Shown here piece by piece: positions 1 to 15,368 of a stretch of DNA of 64,000 bases (positions are counted from its first letter, which is position 1; each line of letters opens with the position of its first letter). A program made the position numbers and the translations under genes. The stretch covers positions 963,582 through 1,027,581 of the forward strand of contig NW_005434669.1 in assembly GCF_000315625.1 (NCBI RefSeq), read 5' to 3'. Source of the stretch: Guillardia theta CCMP2712 (taxonomy: Eukaryota; Protista; Cryptophyta). The notes beneath the pieces are model-generated. The model was not told the origin of the DNA, ran no database searches, and was given only the letters and a program-made list of their open reading frames with translations.

Positions 1-547
1 CCGGCGGGGGAGATTCATCCTCAATTCTCTTCAGAGCGGCTTCCAGCTCCTGGTTCGACTCTTGGATGCTATCAATCTTCTCATCCAACTGTTCCTTCAA
101 GCGCTCCTCGTGTCTGAGCGAAGCCTTGATGTGTTTCATGTCGTTTTCTAGTCCGGTAAGCTCACTCAAGGAAGCCAGGTTCTGTGCTTGGGTCGCACGT
201 ATCGCCCACACAGGATCATCAGGCTGACCGTCTCCTGCAATCATCAGGCCTGACCCTGGAGCAGCATAGATCCCAGAAGGGCTCGCGGCACTGGGCCAGA
301 CTCCCAAGGGATCAGCCATGTTGCATGGGCGATGACACGGCGGACAGGTGGGGCATGGATCACAACAGTTTCCTGGACTGTGGTACCATCCATGCAGGAT
401 GCCGTTGGGAAAGCGCGAGGGAGAGAAGTCGTTGATGGAGCCAGACACCACATAGACGAGCTCAGATGCTGCTGGGTCTGCACGTCCAGCCACCACCCAG
501 GATATCACAGCGATGGATCCTATAGCCAGGGCAGTTGCCACTATGGC
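1..547 (-). CDS. Partial exon of an uncharacterised type II membrane / coiled-coil protein (runs off the left edge)
   Basis: The minus frame is open from an AG acceptor near 547 to position 1. It reads IVATALAIGSIAVISWVVAG (hydrophobic), a Cys-rich stretch CCDPCPTCPPCHRPC, then heptad-like QNLASLSELTGLENDMKHIKASLRHEERLKEQLDEKIDSIQESNQELEAALKRIEDE. It is absent from the ORF track because it has no stop in the window. Confidence 0.6.
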
Positions 548-1499
548 TATGTGATTCCTACTCAGAATAGATTCAGCATGAAATCGACAAGAAATCAAAC
601 ATAACATGGTGATATCAAGTTTTTTGCACCAAAAGTCAGGGGTTAGACCGCCAAAGATCAACCAGAGGGAAGAGGGCAAAGTGGATAGAACAATCAAGAA
701 CGAAAGTATACTGAGAGAGAAATATTTCAGCGTTTCAGTTTTCTCTAAACCTCATCACAACAAAAGCACAATAATTCAAGGATTATTCTTCTCTCATGTA
801 CCACATTTCGATCATCCATTAAGCACTGTCCGCTGGTCCTCTGCTTCATATACATTACCATTGTTTAGCCGGGTATACCGGCACCATTTTCCAGGAGAGC
901 CGCCTGCTGTGGCAGGGAGGGTTGTTCAATGCGAAGGGGTCATGGGGCTTGATATTTTATTAGCTAAATATTGTTTGTAAACGTTTTTACTTAAATAATT
1001 GAACAGTATTGTCATTAGAGTGGTGGGGTGAGTGTACGAATTTTTGTCTCTTCGAACATAAAGCTCCAAAGCGCCATCTATCATAAACCTCATCGCCCAG
1101 TTCGGGAGTCAACATCCACGCATCGTCCTCACGGTGGGACGGATTTCAAGTTGCCATGGCCGCATGGACTCCGAGGGCATGGCACCGTGTGGACCACCGT
1201 ACTATTGCGGCTATCAGATGGCATGACCAGACCGTGAGCATAGGCGGGGCGGCGGGCGGAATACCCCTGGTCACGGTCACCCGGTTATCCTATCCTTCCG
1301 ACCCCCCTGAGCCTATCCGATCTCTGAGTCAGTGCGTTGCTCCGATCCTCGGATCTCTCAGACGGTGCCACGGTGCCGCGTTACGGTTATTTTCCTCAGC
1401 CCACCCTAGTACCCTTCAAGTTCACCGGGCCGTATACTTCAGCCGCATACAGTCCATCATAAGTATGATAAAGTACGAGTCGATAGAGGCTGAACGGTG

Positions 1500-2215
1500 C
1501 GGCACTGAAGCCTCACTAGGCACCGTCCCCAGCCTGAGTCACTGGCCCGCCGCTGCCCCGCCGGCGGCCCGGCCCCGGCCGGGCGCGGGGTGACACGGTG
1601 GCACCGCACGGCCCGGTGTGACAGTGACCGTCACGCCGACCCCGGCCGCGCCGCGGCGCAGTGCCGCCGGCACTGCGGCAACGCCGGGCCGCGCCCACGC
1701 CGGCCCACGGTCACGCCACGGTCACGCCCGGGGCGCCGGGCACCGGTGACCGTCCGGCGTCGAGTACGGTCCCGGAGGCCCGGGCCCGATCAGGCCCGGG
1801 AGTCCGATCAGAGTCGCCGAGTCGGACCCCGGCCCACGGCTGGGCTGAACCGCGCACCGCGGCACCTGAGATCAGTCAGCAGCGCGGCGCCGTTCCCGTG
1901 ACGGTGCCCGGCAATGCGGCCTGGCCCGGCCGGGCCGCCCGGGCCGGTGTCCAGTCGGCAGGCCGCCGCCGAAGGCGGCTCCGTCCGACAGGGCCCGGTA
2001 CTACCGTATGAGTCACCGGTGGCGCAGAGTCCGAGCATGAGCGACTCCCCCCTTCCGCGGCTCCGGCGGGGTCCCCCGGCGATCGGACCATTCACCGTCC
2101 GTACTACGGTACGGTACGGTATGGCCGCGGGCACTCGGACAGCGGGCCGGGGCGGCGCGGCCGGGCCGCCGACGGTCCGACGGTGCCGGGACGGTGCCCG
2201 GGCCGGCCCCCCCGA
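1500..2215. other. GC-rich palindromic intergenic island
   Basis: Dense CCGG/GGCC/GTCAC/GTGAC/GTACGG words; hairpin gcagtgccg-c-cggcactgc at 1658-1676; tandem ccacggtcacg x2; (cggta)n near 2108-2121. Confidence 0.75.
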
Positions 2216-2935
2216 TATTTTCACGCTTTTACAAGTTTCTTTTTACTTTTTTTTCTGTCAGATCAAAGTACACCCTACCCCTGTTGTTTCACCATTGCTG
2301 GAGAGCACCCCTTGGCATTGAGCTGAACCCTACCCATTGTATTCTTTCATCACATGGACCCCAAATTTGGTTCATAAATGACCCGGTAGTTCTAGTTGGT
2401 TTCACTCAGAACCCGATTTACTCGTTTCCCACCCTTGTGATTTAGTACCCCGATAACTTACTACCCCTCTGCTAATCTTTGTCGTTGCGAATTCAAAATA
2501 GGTACCCCTACCCTATATAGACCTATCATTCCAAGTACCCTATATCAAGAGGATTTTTGTACCTACCCTATCAGAGTACCAATATTTATGCTTGAGAAGG
2601 GGGGTTAGTATAGTACCCCCACCCACCTTTGATCTGAGTTTCACCCAGACGAACCCAAATACACCGTTGGTCTTCCAACACGCCTCAATTTCCTTCGACT
2701 ACCCTCGGTACCCACCCAACACGGACATTTATACCCCTTCTCAGAAGTACCCCCTCTGATTTTTTGCTACCCCCTTTTCATCTTACTTTTCATAGGAAAA
2801 ATACCTTCAGTACCGACATTTCCTTCAGACTACCCTTCCCCTTTCAAGGGTGTACCTCCCATTACCCCTACTCGCTCTGACCCCACCCCGTGTCTAGCGA
2901 AGGCCTTCCCGTCTCATTCATTCTTCCCCGCCGCC

Positions 2936-5900
2936 ATGCAGCGGCCAGCGACGGGGATCGTCCATGTTGGAAGCAAAGAGAACGCGAATCGCAACATCAT
3001 GACGAATCAGTGTTCATCCAGACCCCTCTCGGCTCCCTCCTTCAACTCACTGAACTCCAATGACTCACCCTACATAGAACACACGAAGAAGGACTCGCGA
3101 GGTGTCTTGGTAACCAAGCGATATCTCAAGGGAGGGTTGCTGGGGAAAGGAGGCTTTGCAAAGTGTTTTAAGATCACAGACGTTGAAACAAACCAGGACT
3201 GGGCTTGCAAGGTCGTGCAGAAGTCTTCCTTAACAAAGCACAGGCATAAAGTGAAGGTACGTTTCATTTTCTGAATTCGAAAACTATCCCTCAATGGTGC
3301 TAGCTTGTTTTGAATTGTCTTGCTACCACATGTGTTGAAGGGCATCGGGGACATTTCTGGCTGACATTGCCTTTGCTTCAGTTGCAAACGGAGATTAAGA
3401 TTCACAAGTCGTTGAGCCACAAGCATGTGGTGAGATTCGAAGACGTGTTTGAGGATAAGGAGAATGTGTACATCATCATGGAGCTCTGCACAAATCAAAC
3501 CATGCTCGAGTTCGTGAAGCGTAAGAAGCGCCTCACCGAATCGGAGACCCGTCGTTATATGCTTCAGATGGTGATGCGTTCTTCCATTCCATACTTGCTG
3601 TCTAATACCAGACTTGCCCAACAGCTCGATGGAGTACGTTATCTTCACCAGAACAAAGTAATACACCGAGACCTCAAGTTGGGAAACCTGTTCCTCAACC
3701 ATGGCGATGATGTCAAGATAGGAGATTTCGGACTTGCGGTGAGTTGTACATCAAATTGCCGTTGGGCGTGTTTTTGAAACGATTTTCAGTGCAAGCTTCA
3801 GTTTGATGGGGAGCGAAAGAGAACACTGTGTGGAACACCGAACTACATTGCTCCCGAGGTAAATCACTCGCTCTCTTGCAAAAATTTAGTGCTTTCCATC
3901 CTCTTCTCCACTCACTCCTCTGCCCCTCAAAAGGTTCTGGATGGCAAGAATGGGCACAGTTATGAAGTTGACACTTGGAGCATCGGAGTAGTCATGTATA
4001 CCTGCCTGGTTGGCAAACCTCCTTTCGAGACTGCGGATGTCAAGTCCACCTATAAGTTGATCAAGGCCAACACCTACACGTTCCCGGTTCGCACCCTCCT
4101 CCTCCCTCCTCTGCGAACTCCTGACATGACTTCCGACTTTCCAGGACCGGCTCCTTGTCTCCGACGCTGCCAAGAGCCTCGTCCGCAGGATCTTGAAATC
4201 TGTGAGCTAACCTCTCTTTTGGCTTCCCCTCCCTCCTGCCTCCATGGTCTTTCTCTTGCTCACTTGTCGTACAGGAGCCGGAGCTGAGACCGTCTATCGA
4301 TGACGTAAGTGCTGCAATGCAAGGAAAATTCTGTATCCTCACTTTCTCGACAGATCTTGTGCGATGAGTGGTTCCAGGGAGAAGGTCTTGGATTGCTCTC
4401 CAAGGCTCCGAGCCTGCAGTCAGGTGTCCAGTCCATTGGTAGGAGGGAGGAGAGGCGCCTCCTGCGTCTTTGTTCACGTTGTCACAGGGTCCTTCATTCC
4501 CCCGTCACTGACTTCCGCCATTAGCATGCTTTCGTCCGAGTCCCACAGGTTCGGACCTGCCACTTCGTGTCTAACTCTTCCTTTGCTGACCCTCCCCTCC
4601 CTCCTGCAGGCTGCCACTCCACCCCATCTCAGCTGACAACACTGATTCCACTGCTCCCCACAAAAAGTTCTCCGACTACACGAGCAGGTTTGACCTCTGC
4701 GAGCCCTCCCCCTCCCGTCGGCTGATGCAATCGTTTCTCCTTCAGGAACGGCTCTGAAAACCATTACACACACGATCGCCACCTATCGAGCCAGGAGCCC
4801 ATCCGACCCGCGCCCATCCCCTCCCTTGGGTCTGCCGTCATTCCTCGAGCTTCTACCGCCATGGACACCAAGTCACGAGCAGGTACGGGAAAGGAAAGGC
4901 GAGGCTGGGCTGGGGCTGGGCAGAGCAGCTGGAGGGCAGCTGACGGGGTTTGGCAGGGCTGACTTCCACGTTCGACGCGAGGCCCTCGAGCGCTACTCTC
5001 TCCGGTGGGGACTTGACCCCGACCAAGAGGCTCACGAAGCAGATTGAGACTCTAGACATCCGGCGTACTTCCCCCCAGAAGTCTAGCACGGCTATTGGTA
5101 TGCTCCTCCCTCCCCTGCTCCTCCTGCAGACCCTTGGCTCCTCTCTCGGGACTTGGTCTTGACTCGATCAGCAGATGCTCTCTCTTCCAAGATCCCCCCG
5201 CCCAACTTCTCTTCCACTCCTCCGGATCTCGAGGACCAGGCGGCTCTCTCTATCATGCACAACAACATCAAGCAGGCGTTCAATGTCCAGCAGGCCGCAG
5301 GCAAGCTTGACGTCCCAAGCTCAACCGACATGCCGCTGCCGAGCGTGTGGGTCAGCCGTTGGGTTGACTACTCCAAGAAGTATGGCCTTGGTTACAAGCT
5401 CTCCAATGGGTGCAGGTACTTGATTCTACTCTCACTCACTCTTGCCTTTGACGCCCTTCCCTTCGTCTCTTGCACGCCCTCCCCCTGCTTCCTGCTCCCT
5501 TCCTCTCAACATCTGACGTTCCTGTTCTTTCAGTGGTGTCTTCTTCAACGATGCTACGAAGATGCTTCTCGCCCTTGACGGAGAGAACGTTGACTACATC
5601 GAGAGAATGCGCAGGGAGGATGGGGTCAAGTATGACATCCGCAAGCCCACAAAGCTCAAGGGACACCCGGCCGATCTCACCAAGAAGGTGACGCTGATGG
5701 AGCACTTTAAGAACTACCTGGATGAGACCCACCCCAACCGCGACTCTCCTCTCCACCACCCAGTCGAGAGCAGGGAGGAGGAGCTGGCAAGGGACGGGGT
5801 GTACGTGCGCAAATGGATGCGGACGAGGCACTCGATCATCTTCCGGCTGAGCAACAACAACTTCCAAGTCAACTTCTTCGACGACACGGAGGTGGTGCTG

Positions 5901-6044
5901 TGGGCTGACAGGCCGTGGGTGACGTACAAGGGGAAGAACAAGTTCCGCAACACTTACAACATTTCCGACGTGGTGGTCTACCAGGAGATGTCTAAGAGGA
6001 TCAAGTACGTGAAGGACATCTTGAGCCAGCTTGTAGCTGCATGA
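2936..6044 (+). CDS. PLK1: Polo-like kinase (PLK1/Cdc5 family), multi-exon
   Basis: Kinase motifs [59 protein letters not shown]. Polo box 1 [31 protein letters not shown] and polo box 2 [30 protein letters not shown] introns join the frames. Confidence 0.96.
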
Positions 6045-6251
6045 TGATAGCCGTTGCTCACAAGAGATTGTGGTCCTCGCTGGCGAGGATTGTTTCCCTT
6101 GTACCATTATTCTAGTGTACTTACCCCTGAATGAAATTCTGTGACAAGAAAGCGAGCTGAACGCGGCGTTGTGAGTGATGGAGTAGTGAGAAATGTTGTC
6201 GTGTATTGACAGGGGCGGAGGAACAAAAAGGTACAAGTTCTCCACTCTGGC

Positions 6252-8474
6252 TCAATGTGAAATGGCCAGGAGCTGCTCCCTGGCCTCCTGGGCGCGATGG
6301 GCGCTGGGAGAGACGTAAGAGGAGGAGCAAGTTCAAGCCTTTCCCACCTGCAGGCCAGCGGGGTCATGAATTCCATCTCGTAGACGCATCGGCTGGGCTC
6401 CTGTCAGGAGGTCAGGAAAAGGCAGGAGGAGGAGCGAAAGGTTCACCTGGACCGAAACGAGGAACTCGTCTTCCCCACAGATCATCGACACCTGCTCCAA
6501 GATGTCAGCGCTCCTGGCAGGTGGGAGAGCCTGCTGTTCCTTCATTGATCGAGCTGGACCGTTCCAGCATCCTCCGCCGTTGGTGTAGTGCATGACCCTG
6601 CCGCGCCTAAGTCACATGCAGCTGGGGAATCGAAGAGAAACTAACGAGTTGTGCCCGTTCTCGTGCGTCCAATGGCTCCACGTTCCAAGATTCTTCAACA
6701 AGGCCGTGAGATGGAGGAGGGTATGTTGGGGCAGAAGTGGGGGGAGTGGGGGGGAGACAGAGGGAGAGAGGGAGAGAGGAGGGGAGGGAGGAAGGGAGAA
6801 GGAGAGGGAAGGAGGGAGAGAGACAGAGGGAGGGCAAGGCAAAGGGAGGGAGGAGGGAGGGAGGAGGGGGAAATGGAGCGCGGACCTGTTCGGATCCACC
6901 ATCCTTCTGCTTCGCATGGCGGAACATGCAGATCTCATACGTGTACTGTTGGACCTTTGCAACGAATTACGGAGAGCGTTGTAACACGACCACTCTTACC
7001 TGCTGCTCGTAGCACTTGTCGTAGAGGGCCATGAAAGCCATATCCTGCAGTTTGAGTGTCAGGAGGTGCGATGGGAGTCATGAGCCTTCTCGTACTGGTC
7101 CGAAGTCATACTCCAGGACTTTGACTGCAAGCTCTGACTCGGACTGTAACGGAGCGAGTCAGTAGACAAATCGGCAGGTCGGCAGCAGGAGGAATGCAAG
7201 GGAGAGGGGGGAGGGGAGGGAGGGGGGAGGGAGGGAGGGAGGGAGGGAGGGAGGGAGGGAGGGAGGGAGAGAGGGAGAGAGGGAGGGAGGAGGGTAGGAT
7301 CAGGGCTCCTTGCCTCGTGTTTTCGCTTCTCCTCTTCCAAGGGTCTCATCTCTTCCTCGAGCTTTTCGAGTGCCAGCTGACACGCTCATGTCATTCAACG
7401 TCGACAGGGCACTGACAACTCTCAAAATCGCGCAGTCACCTCAGCCTCTGTCTTGGGCCTCTCCTCAGGAGGTTTGTATTCTTCCTCAGGGGGTCTGTAC
7501 TCGTCCTCTGAAGGTTTCTCTTCATCTGTGTGATCATTGTCATACGAATACCAATCGTCCACATGTGTGTTTGGGTCGGGATTGCCTGTAGGGGACGGCC
7601 GTTTGTCAACGTGTTTGCCACTGTAATAAGGATCTTCGTATCCTTTACCTTCTTGAACGACCTGTTGCGTCTCCCCCAAGTCGTCCACAGCCTGCGGTGC
7701 CATTGGAGGCACTTCCGGTGATCCGAACTCGTCGCCGGATGACTTGATCTCCTCGCCGCTGGGAACTTGGTTCGCCATCTCCGCCTGCTGTGCCGCCAGC
7801 TCCTCCGCTCGCTTCTGCTCTTCCTCCGCTCGCTTCTTCTCCTCGGCCTCTCTCGCTTCTTGCTCTTGTCGGAGGCGTTCTTCAGTCTCTTCCGAGATCT
7901 TCTTATTCAGCTCGTCCCTCTGAGCTTGGAAACCGTCGAGCTTCTGCGACACCTCTTGGATCAGATTCCCCAGCTCATCTCGTCGCTTGAACACTGCTTC
8001 CCTGAAGGCATGGGCTCTTGCTACGTAGTCAGAGCGCTTGGCAACGCCCTGTTCATGCAGCTGGATGCTCCTCATAAGGATGTTCCTCTGCTCTGCCCCT
8101 TCTTCCTGGCATCTGTTGACGCAGGTCACGATACCGGCATGCTCATCAGATCCATCGCAGCAATCGCAAACGCCGTCATTCACACGGGAGGAGAAGAGGA
8201 GCTTTGCTTTCCATCCCTTGTTCGCGCACCAGAACACACCGTTGGAGCATGCCGCTGTCCCCGGCTCGTCACTGCCGTCGTTACAGTCGCAGAATTCATC
8301 GTTGACCTTGTCGATGCTGATGGTAGAGCTGCCGTCCTTGCAGGTGAACATGTCCTTCTTCGCGTACAGGTGAGCATCCTCGGGCTGAACGCCTCTCATC
8401 TCCTCACTCTGAACACTCATGGCCACCAGCGCCAGCATGCTGACCATAGCCAGCGCCCTCCCCGCCCCCGCCAT
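6252..8474 (-). CDS. PRKCSH: Glucosidase II beta subunit (PRKCSH/Gtb1)
   Basis: Signal peptide, then RGV..FTCKDGS..VNDEFCDCNDGSDEPGTAAC..FWCANKG..SSRVNDGVCDCCDGSDE, an acidic coiled coil, and a C-terminal MRH domain (YVYEICMF, HYTNGGGCWNGPARS, EPSRCVYEMEFMTPLAC). The stop is inferred after a GT-AG intron. Confidence 0.93.
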
Positions 8475-8799
8475 CGAAGCTTCCCTCTCTACTACCCTAC
8501 CCCTCTGAGCCCACAAATCTCCACCCCACCCTGGATCTGTCTATCCCCTCAGGAACCTCCCACCTTCAAATGACCCCACCCCACCCTTCAAACTTCTCTT
8601 CTTTGACCCGGTGCATCCTCCAAACACCCCCATGAGAACCTTTTTATACCTGGCATTCAACACCCCAATGACCCCCTCAATTCTAAACCCACCCCTCACT
8701 TATTACCACCCCTTCAAATAGTACCCCCACCCATCCACATCAACGATTTGAGTGAAATATTACTTCACTTGTAACACGTGGAACGGTGACCACATCCCC

Positions 8800-9080
8800 A
8801 CTAACCCGGTGACATCTTACATATCGGTGATAACTTGAGTAACCGGCAACACTGAGTCATAACCGTGAGTTCGGCCGGGCGGCGGGGTCCGGACTCAGCC
8901 TGCCAAGCAAGTTTAGGAACCGGCGGCTGCCCGGCCGCGGCCGGATCGGCCCAGTGACCCGGCGGGCCGGGCGGGCCCGGGCCCCCTTCGGCGGCGCGGC
9001 CCAGTGACCACCGGGTCCGAACGGTCACCGGCGGACTCCGACTTTACCTATACCGTTACATACCGTTATCCCAACGGTCC
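8800..9080. promoter_or_regulatory. GC palindromic island in a divergent promoter
   Basis: Lies between divergent starts at 8474(-) and 9081(+). Rich in CCGG/GGCC/TGAGTCA; taccgttaca-taccgtta just before the ATG. Confidence 0.55.
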
Positions 9081-11361
9081 ATGCAGTTGAGCGCTACGAC
9101 GTCGGGGAGGGAAGAAGCGCCATGGGCGGCAGGGATCGCAGCGTCTCCCTCCCCCTCCCTCTCCAAGATGCCTCTCCAGCCTGGCTCCACTCCCCCCCCT
9201 GCCGCCTTCAGCTCTTCCAAGCCTCTGTCCAACGCTGGCTCCAGACCTCCCTCGATCCCCTCCAGGACCCCTTCGCAGGGCTCTAAGGCACCTTCACAAG
9301 CCTCCCCCGCCCCGTCACGGGAGGGACAGCTGTCCTCCCGATCATTCCAAGTCCCGCCGCCTCCATCGTCAAACTCGAACCATAGAGCTCCATCGAACCC
9401 TCCTCCTCGCCCTCCCTCCCTCCCCCCGTCTCGTCCTCCTTCACACTCCAATGATCCACAGCCATCTCCGCACAACTCAGCAAGGAATGACCAGCTTTAC
9501 ACAAGACGCTCATCAGGAAGTATGCAGCAGGCTCACCAGGAGCCAGCAGGCGATGCAGCGTCTGTGGCAGGATCAACAGCACGGTCAAACGCTTCAGGCG
9601 CACGATCGGCTGGATCAGGAAGGAAAGGAGCAGAGAATGGTTCTTCCTTGCAAGACAGGCGGCACGTTGATCTTTCCCTCCAGCTCCCCTCCCCAGCTCG
9701 TTCAGTGCGGTCCAACAATGGCGAAGAAGCAAGATCGCAGGGCTCCTTTCGGTCCGCCGCTTCCAACCATGTGGATCGCCCCAGCCCCTCGTCGTCGCAG
9801 CGACGGCAGCCGACGACGCCGCTGTCAGTGGACATGACGAGGGGAGACGAGCCCCAGGAAGCACAGGAAAGGAGGGAGGGGAGCAACAGAGAGGGAAGCA
9901 ACAAGTCAGGCACCCCCTTGCAGCAAAGCGCGAGGTCGCAGATGGGGTTTGACAGGGAAGAGCGGCCGTTGACCAACTCATCAAAGTAGGATCATTGATC
10001 CTCCTCCTCCTCCTCCTCCCTGCTGAAATTTTCCTTCTCCTCCTCCTCCTCCTCCTCCTCCTCCTCCTCCTCCTCCCTGCTGAAATTTTCTTGCCAGGTT
10101 GTCAGATCGCTCTCAAAGGACGTTTGACATGTTGAGCACCGCAAGATCCAACGCGCTCGAAGATGTGCCGGAGCCCAACAGAAGGTTCGATGCTATCCTC
10201 ACCCTAGCTCGTCCACTCCACCTCCCTTACTCTCTCCCTCCCTGTCTTGCCTCCTTCCTGCTTTCCTCTTCCTTTTCACTCGCTCCCTCCTTTCCTGCCT
10301 AGATCACAGCTGAACTCTTACTGAATGATCCTGTCGTCCATCTCAGAACTCTGCGTCGAATGTTCGAGGACAAGAGCGAGTACAAGAATGAATACGAGTA
10401 CCTCTACGGGCTAGAAGCTGCTCCCTCCTACTGGCAGCCTGTCAGTCCTTCCCTGCTCTACTTGTACCTCCTTGACTACTCGCTGACTTCTCTGCAAATA
10501 GGAAGCCGGCACGAAGTATACGCTCTTTCACAAGGTAGGTTGGGTGAGAGTTTGAAAGGGAGAGAGGGGCAGGGAGGAAGAGAAAAGTAAAGGTTGCGGA
10601 GTGGAAAGAAAAGACAAAGGCGGGTGGGGGGGGAGGGAGGGAGGGAGGGAGAGAGAAACGGAGAGAGGGAGACGGAGAAAGAGGGAGAGAGAGAGGACGA
10701 GGACGAGGAAGAAGGGTGGGAGGACGGCAGGAGGAGCTGGGTTGAGTGTTCAACAAGGTGGAGCATGACATGTCGCTAGGGCTTCTACCGACGGGAAGTG
10801 AGGGGTCAGGACAAGGAGAGGTTGCAGTTCATTGCCAAAAAGGTCCTCGGCTGCCTCCTCAAATGATTCCCTGATGTTATTTGCGGGCAGGCGGAGAGAT
10901 CCGAAGCTCGATCGTCTCCTCGACGAGAAGCTCTGACGGAGCGGACCAAGTGAACACTGCTCCTGCTGTCCTGCTCCTGTTTCCCCTGCCCTGCTCCGTC
11001 TACTCCTCGGCTGCTGCTCCTACCTTCCCCCTCCTCCTTGACCTCGTGCATGACGCTTGCCTTGCAGACATCACTTTCTCAAAGAAGAGCCGACTCTCAA
11101 GACTGAGGGCAGGAAGCACTTTGTGCAGGTACGCACTCCTCATGCTCTGTCTCTCAGCATGAGATGGTTGAGCAGGCGTGCAACGTCATCATCGCTGGCC
11201 CGGAGAGCATCGTGCCCAAGGGCCCTGACATGCATCGTCCTCGCATGCAGACGCTGCTGCGGGAAGGTCTGCAAGCAGAGAGGAAGGAGACGGTCAAGGA
11301 TCTGTTCACGCACATGTTCGGCTACACGGTCAACGACTTGAAAACTTCCAGTGGGGACTAG
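9081..11361 (+). CDS. Hypothetical protein with a Ser/Pro-rich disordered N-terminus, multi-exon
   Basis: 302-aa first ORF followed by short exons bounded by GT/AG (MFEDKSEYKNEYEYLYGLEAAPSYWQP; HHFLKEEPTLKTEGRKHFVQ; MVEQACNVII...VNDLKTSSGD*). No family recognised. Confidence 0.6.
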
Positions 11362-11553
11362 CAGACGGGCAGTGATGTTTCCTTTGCTTTCTGACAGCCA
11401 TTTCTCTCTCCCACCTTCTTTTTTCAAGAATGATGAAACAAATTCCTTTGATACGCTCATCAAGTCCGATGGCCGAGGAGCATCCTTGACAAGCTTCCCC
11501 GGGGGTTATACACGTCAAATCTTGACCGAGAGCTTGTCACTCGCTGGCAGCCG

Positions 11554-13396
<1,843 letters not shown>

Positions 13397-13643
13397 CAGT
13401 TGCTCAGTGCAGGACCATAAGCTACACCGTAAACGTCCTACCTGACTAAATTTCTTTCTAAGATCTTCCATTTCCTGATCTTCAACACGGAAATCAACAG
13501 CATTCCTCTATTTCTTTCACTCCCGACGTCTTCATCATCAATGCCTCTGAGATAAACCTGATTTCCCCAGGTCGACTCTCAGTGTCTTTCTACCAAGAAA
13601 GCAACACCCTTCTCATCGCTCCGCTTGTCCCTCATGCCTCCTT

Positions 13644-13721
<78 letters not shown>

Positions 13722-13767
13722 TTCTTCTCCCTCTCTGTCTCTGTCTCTGTCTCTGTCTCTGTCTCTG
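13644..13767 (+). repeat. (CTGTCC)n followed by (CTGTCT)n hexamer microsatellite
   Basis: Direct inspection. Confidence 0.9.
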
Positions 13768-14397
13768 CCTCTGCCCCTCCCCTCCCGCTCTTCTCACCTG
13801 CCGCCAGCCATGGTTGGATCCTCTCTGTAAAAGGGCGGAACTGGGGGACAAACAATTTCCGACGATCCTCACATTGAGGGTGGGGTAGAAACAGTTCAGA
13901 TAGGGGGTGGGTAGTAGAAGGAACAAACAGCAAAGGCATGCAAGAATCGAGTGAACGCGTCATAGAGACGTGGTGAAGATGCACAGAGCAGAAGGGCGAC
14001 ATGTTGAGTGAGTATACCAACAAAGTGTTGACAGGCCAAGATGGCATTCTTGCAGAGAGGATCATAATGAAGCAGCAAGAGATATTGAGCTGCGAGAAGA
14101 AGTGCCTCCAAGGGAGATTCACAAACCTCCCAAGGGGTATTTGGAACAACCTAGAAACCGCGCATTTCTCAATATTGATGTACAACTTTGATTTGTTTTC
14201 AGAGATTCGCAGTACTTCAGTGGCAGATCTTTTTTGGGTGCCTGAAGGCATGCTGGAGCGATCTGTATTGCCGGTGTCGCATGTTTTCGCTTCAAACACA
14301 CACGTATAAAACCAGTGGCCATTATACATTTCGTTCGTTACATGAAAACAAGATGCGCTCAAACAGATTGTATATTAATTGTGAGATGAGAACCAAT

Positions 14398-15368
14398 TTA
14401 GCAGCAGCCCTTCTTAGTAACCTCTGAACCCTTACCGACCTGATCACATTTCAGCTAAACACTCAAGAAACCAGCACGTGCATTGCAAAAGCTGAATGAA
14501 AAGACATATCTCACCTGAATCGAGGCAGATCCCTCCTTGCCAGCAGGAGCCTGAGCCATCCTAGCTTTGATTTCAGCCGCCATCGTGATGAAAGCTTGTT
14601 CGACGTTGGTTGAGTCCTTGGCAGACGTCTCCAAGAATGGAATTCCCAACGAGTCCGCATACTCCTTGGCAACGCTGGTGTCCACGGCCTAGCGGGGGAT
14701 CATGAGAAGAAGCGTGTCAGACAGAACAAACTCACCCTCTTGCTGGCAAGGTCACTCTTGTTGCCTACAAGCATCTTGTTCACTTTGTCGTTGGCATATC
14801 GATCAATCTCATTCATCCACTGCTTGACATTGTTGAAAGATTCCTGATCTGTCACATCGTACACAACGATGATTCCGTGGGCTCCTCTGTAATACGACGA
14901 GGTGATGGTCCTGAAACGCTCTTGCCCTGCAGTGTCCCAAATCTGAAGCTTCACAGTCTTTCCATCCAACTCGAGCGTACGAATTTTCTTTTAAGCCATA
15001 ATTGAATCACAGAGAAAAATGTCAGTTCGGAGAAGGAAATCCACAATTTCACACTCACGAAATCCACACCGATCGTGCTGATGTAGCTCTCAGTGTACGT
15101 GTCATCGGCGAAACGAAGCAACAAACAGGATTTGCCAACTCCAGAGTCTCCAATAAGCAAGAGCTTGAACAAGTAATCGCTATACAAAAACATCGTTAGC
15201 CTCCAAAAGGGTTTGGTTCTTTGGGAAAACAAAATGACACTCAAGCGAAGAGACAGGGTGAGAGAAACAGAGTACATGAAAGAAAATCAAGCAAAAAATT
15301 ACGTCACACAGTTTCAGCAAGTTGATAATGGCTCAAATCATCAAGAAGACTTACTATTCCGAGGACAT
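14398..15368 (-). CDS. RAB1: Rab1/Ypt1 small GTPase
   Basis: [80 protein letters not shown], and a C-terminal KKGCC* prenylation motif. Confidence 0.97.

Noticed and set aside
1516-2321. Multiple overlapping Arg/Pro/Gly/Ala ORFs in the GC islands
   Set aside because: Expected from stop-codon scarcity at very high GC; no domain or splice structure.
2260-2930. CCCTAC words as interstitial telomere repeats
   Set aside because: Dispersed rather than tandem, and not CCCTAA; treated as a promoter motif instead.
7767-8573. Long antisense ORFs (also 33198-34208, 5436-6245, 21099-21518)
   Set aside because: Shadows of real genes on the opposite strand caused by GC3-rich codon usage.
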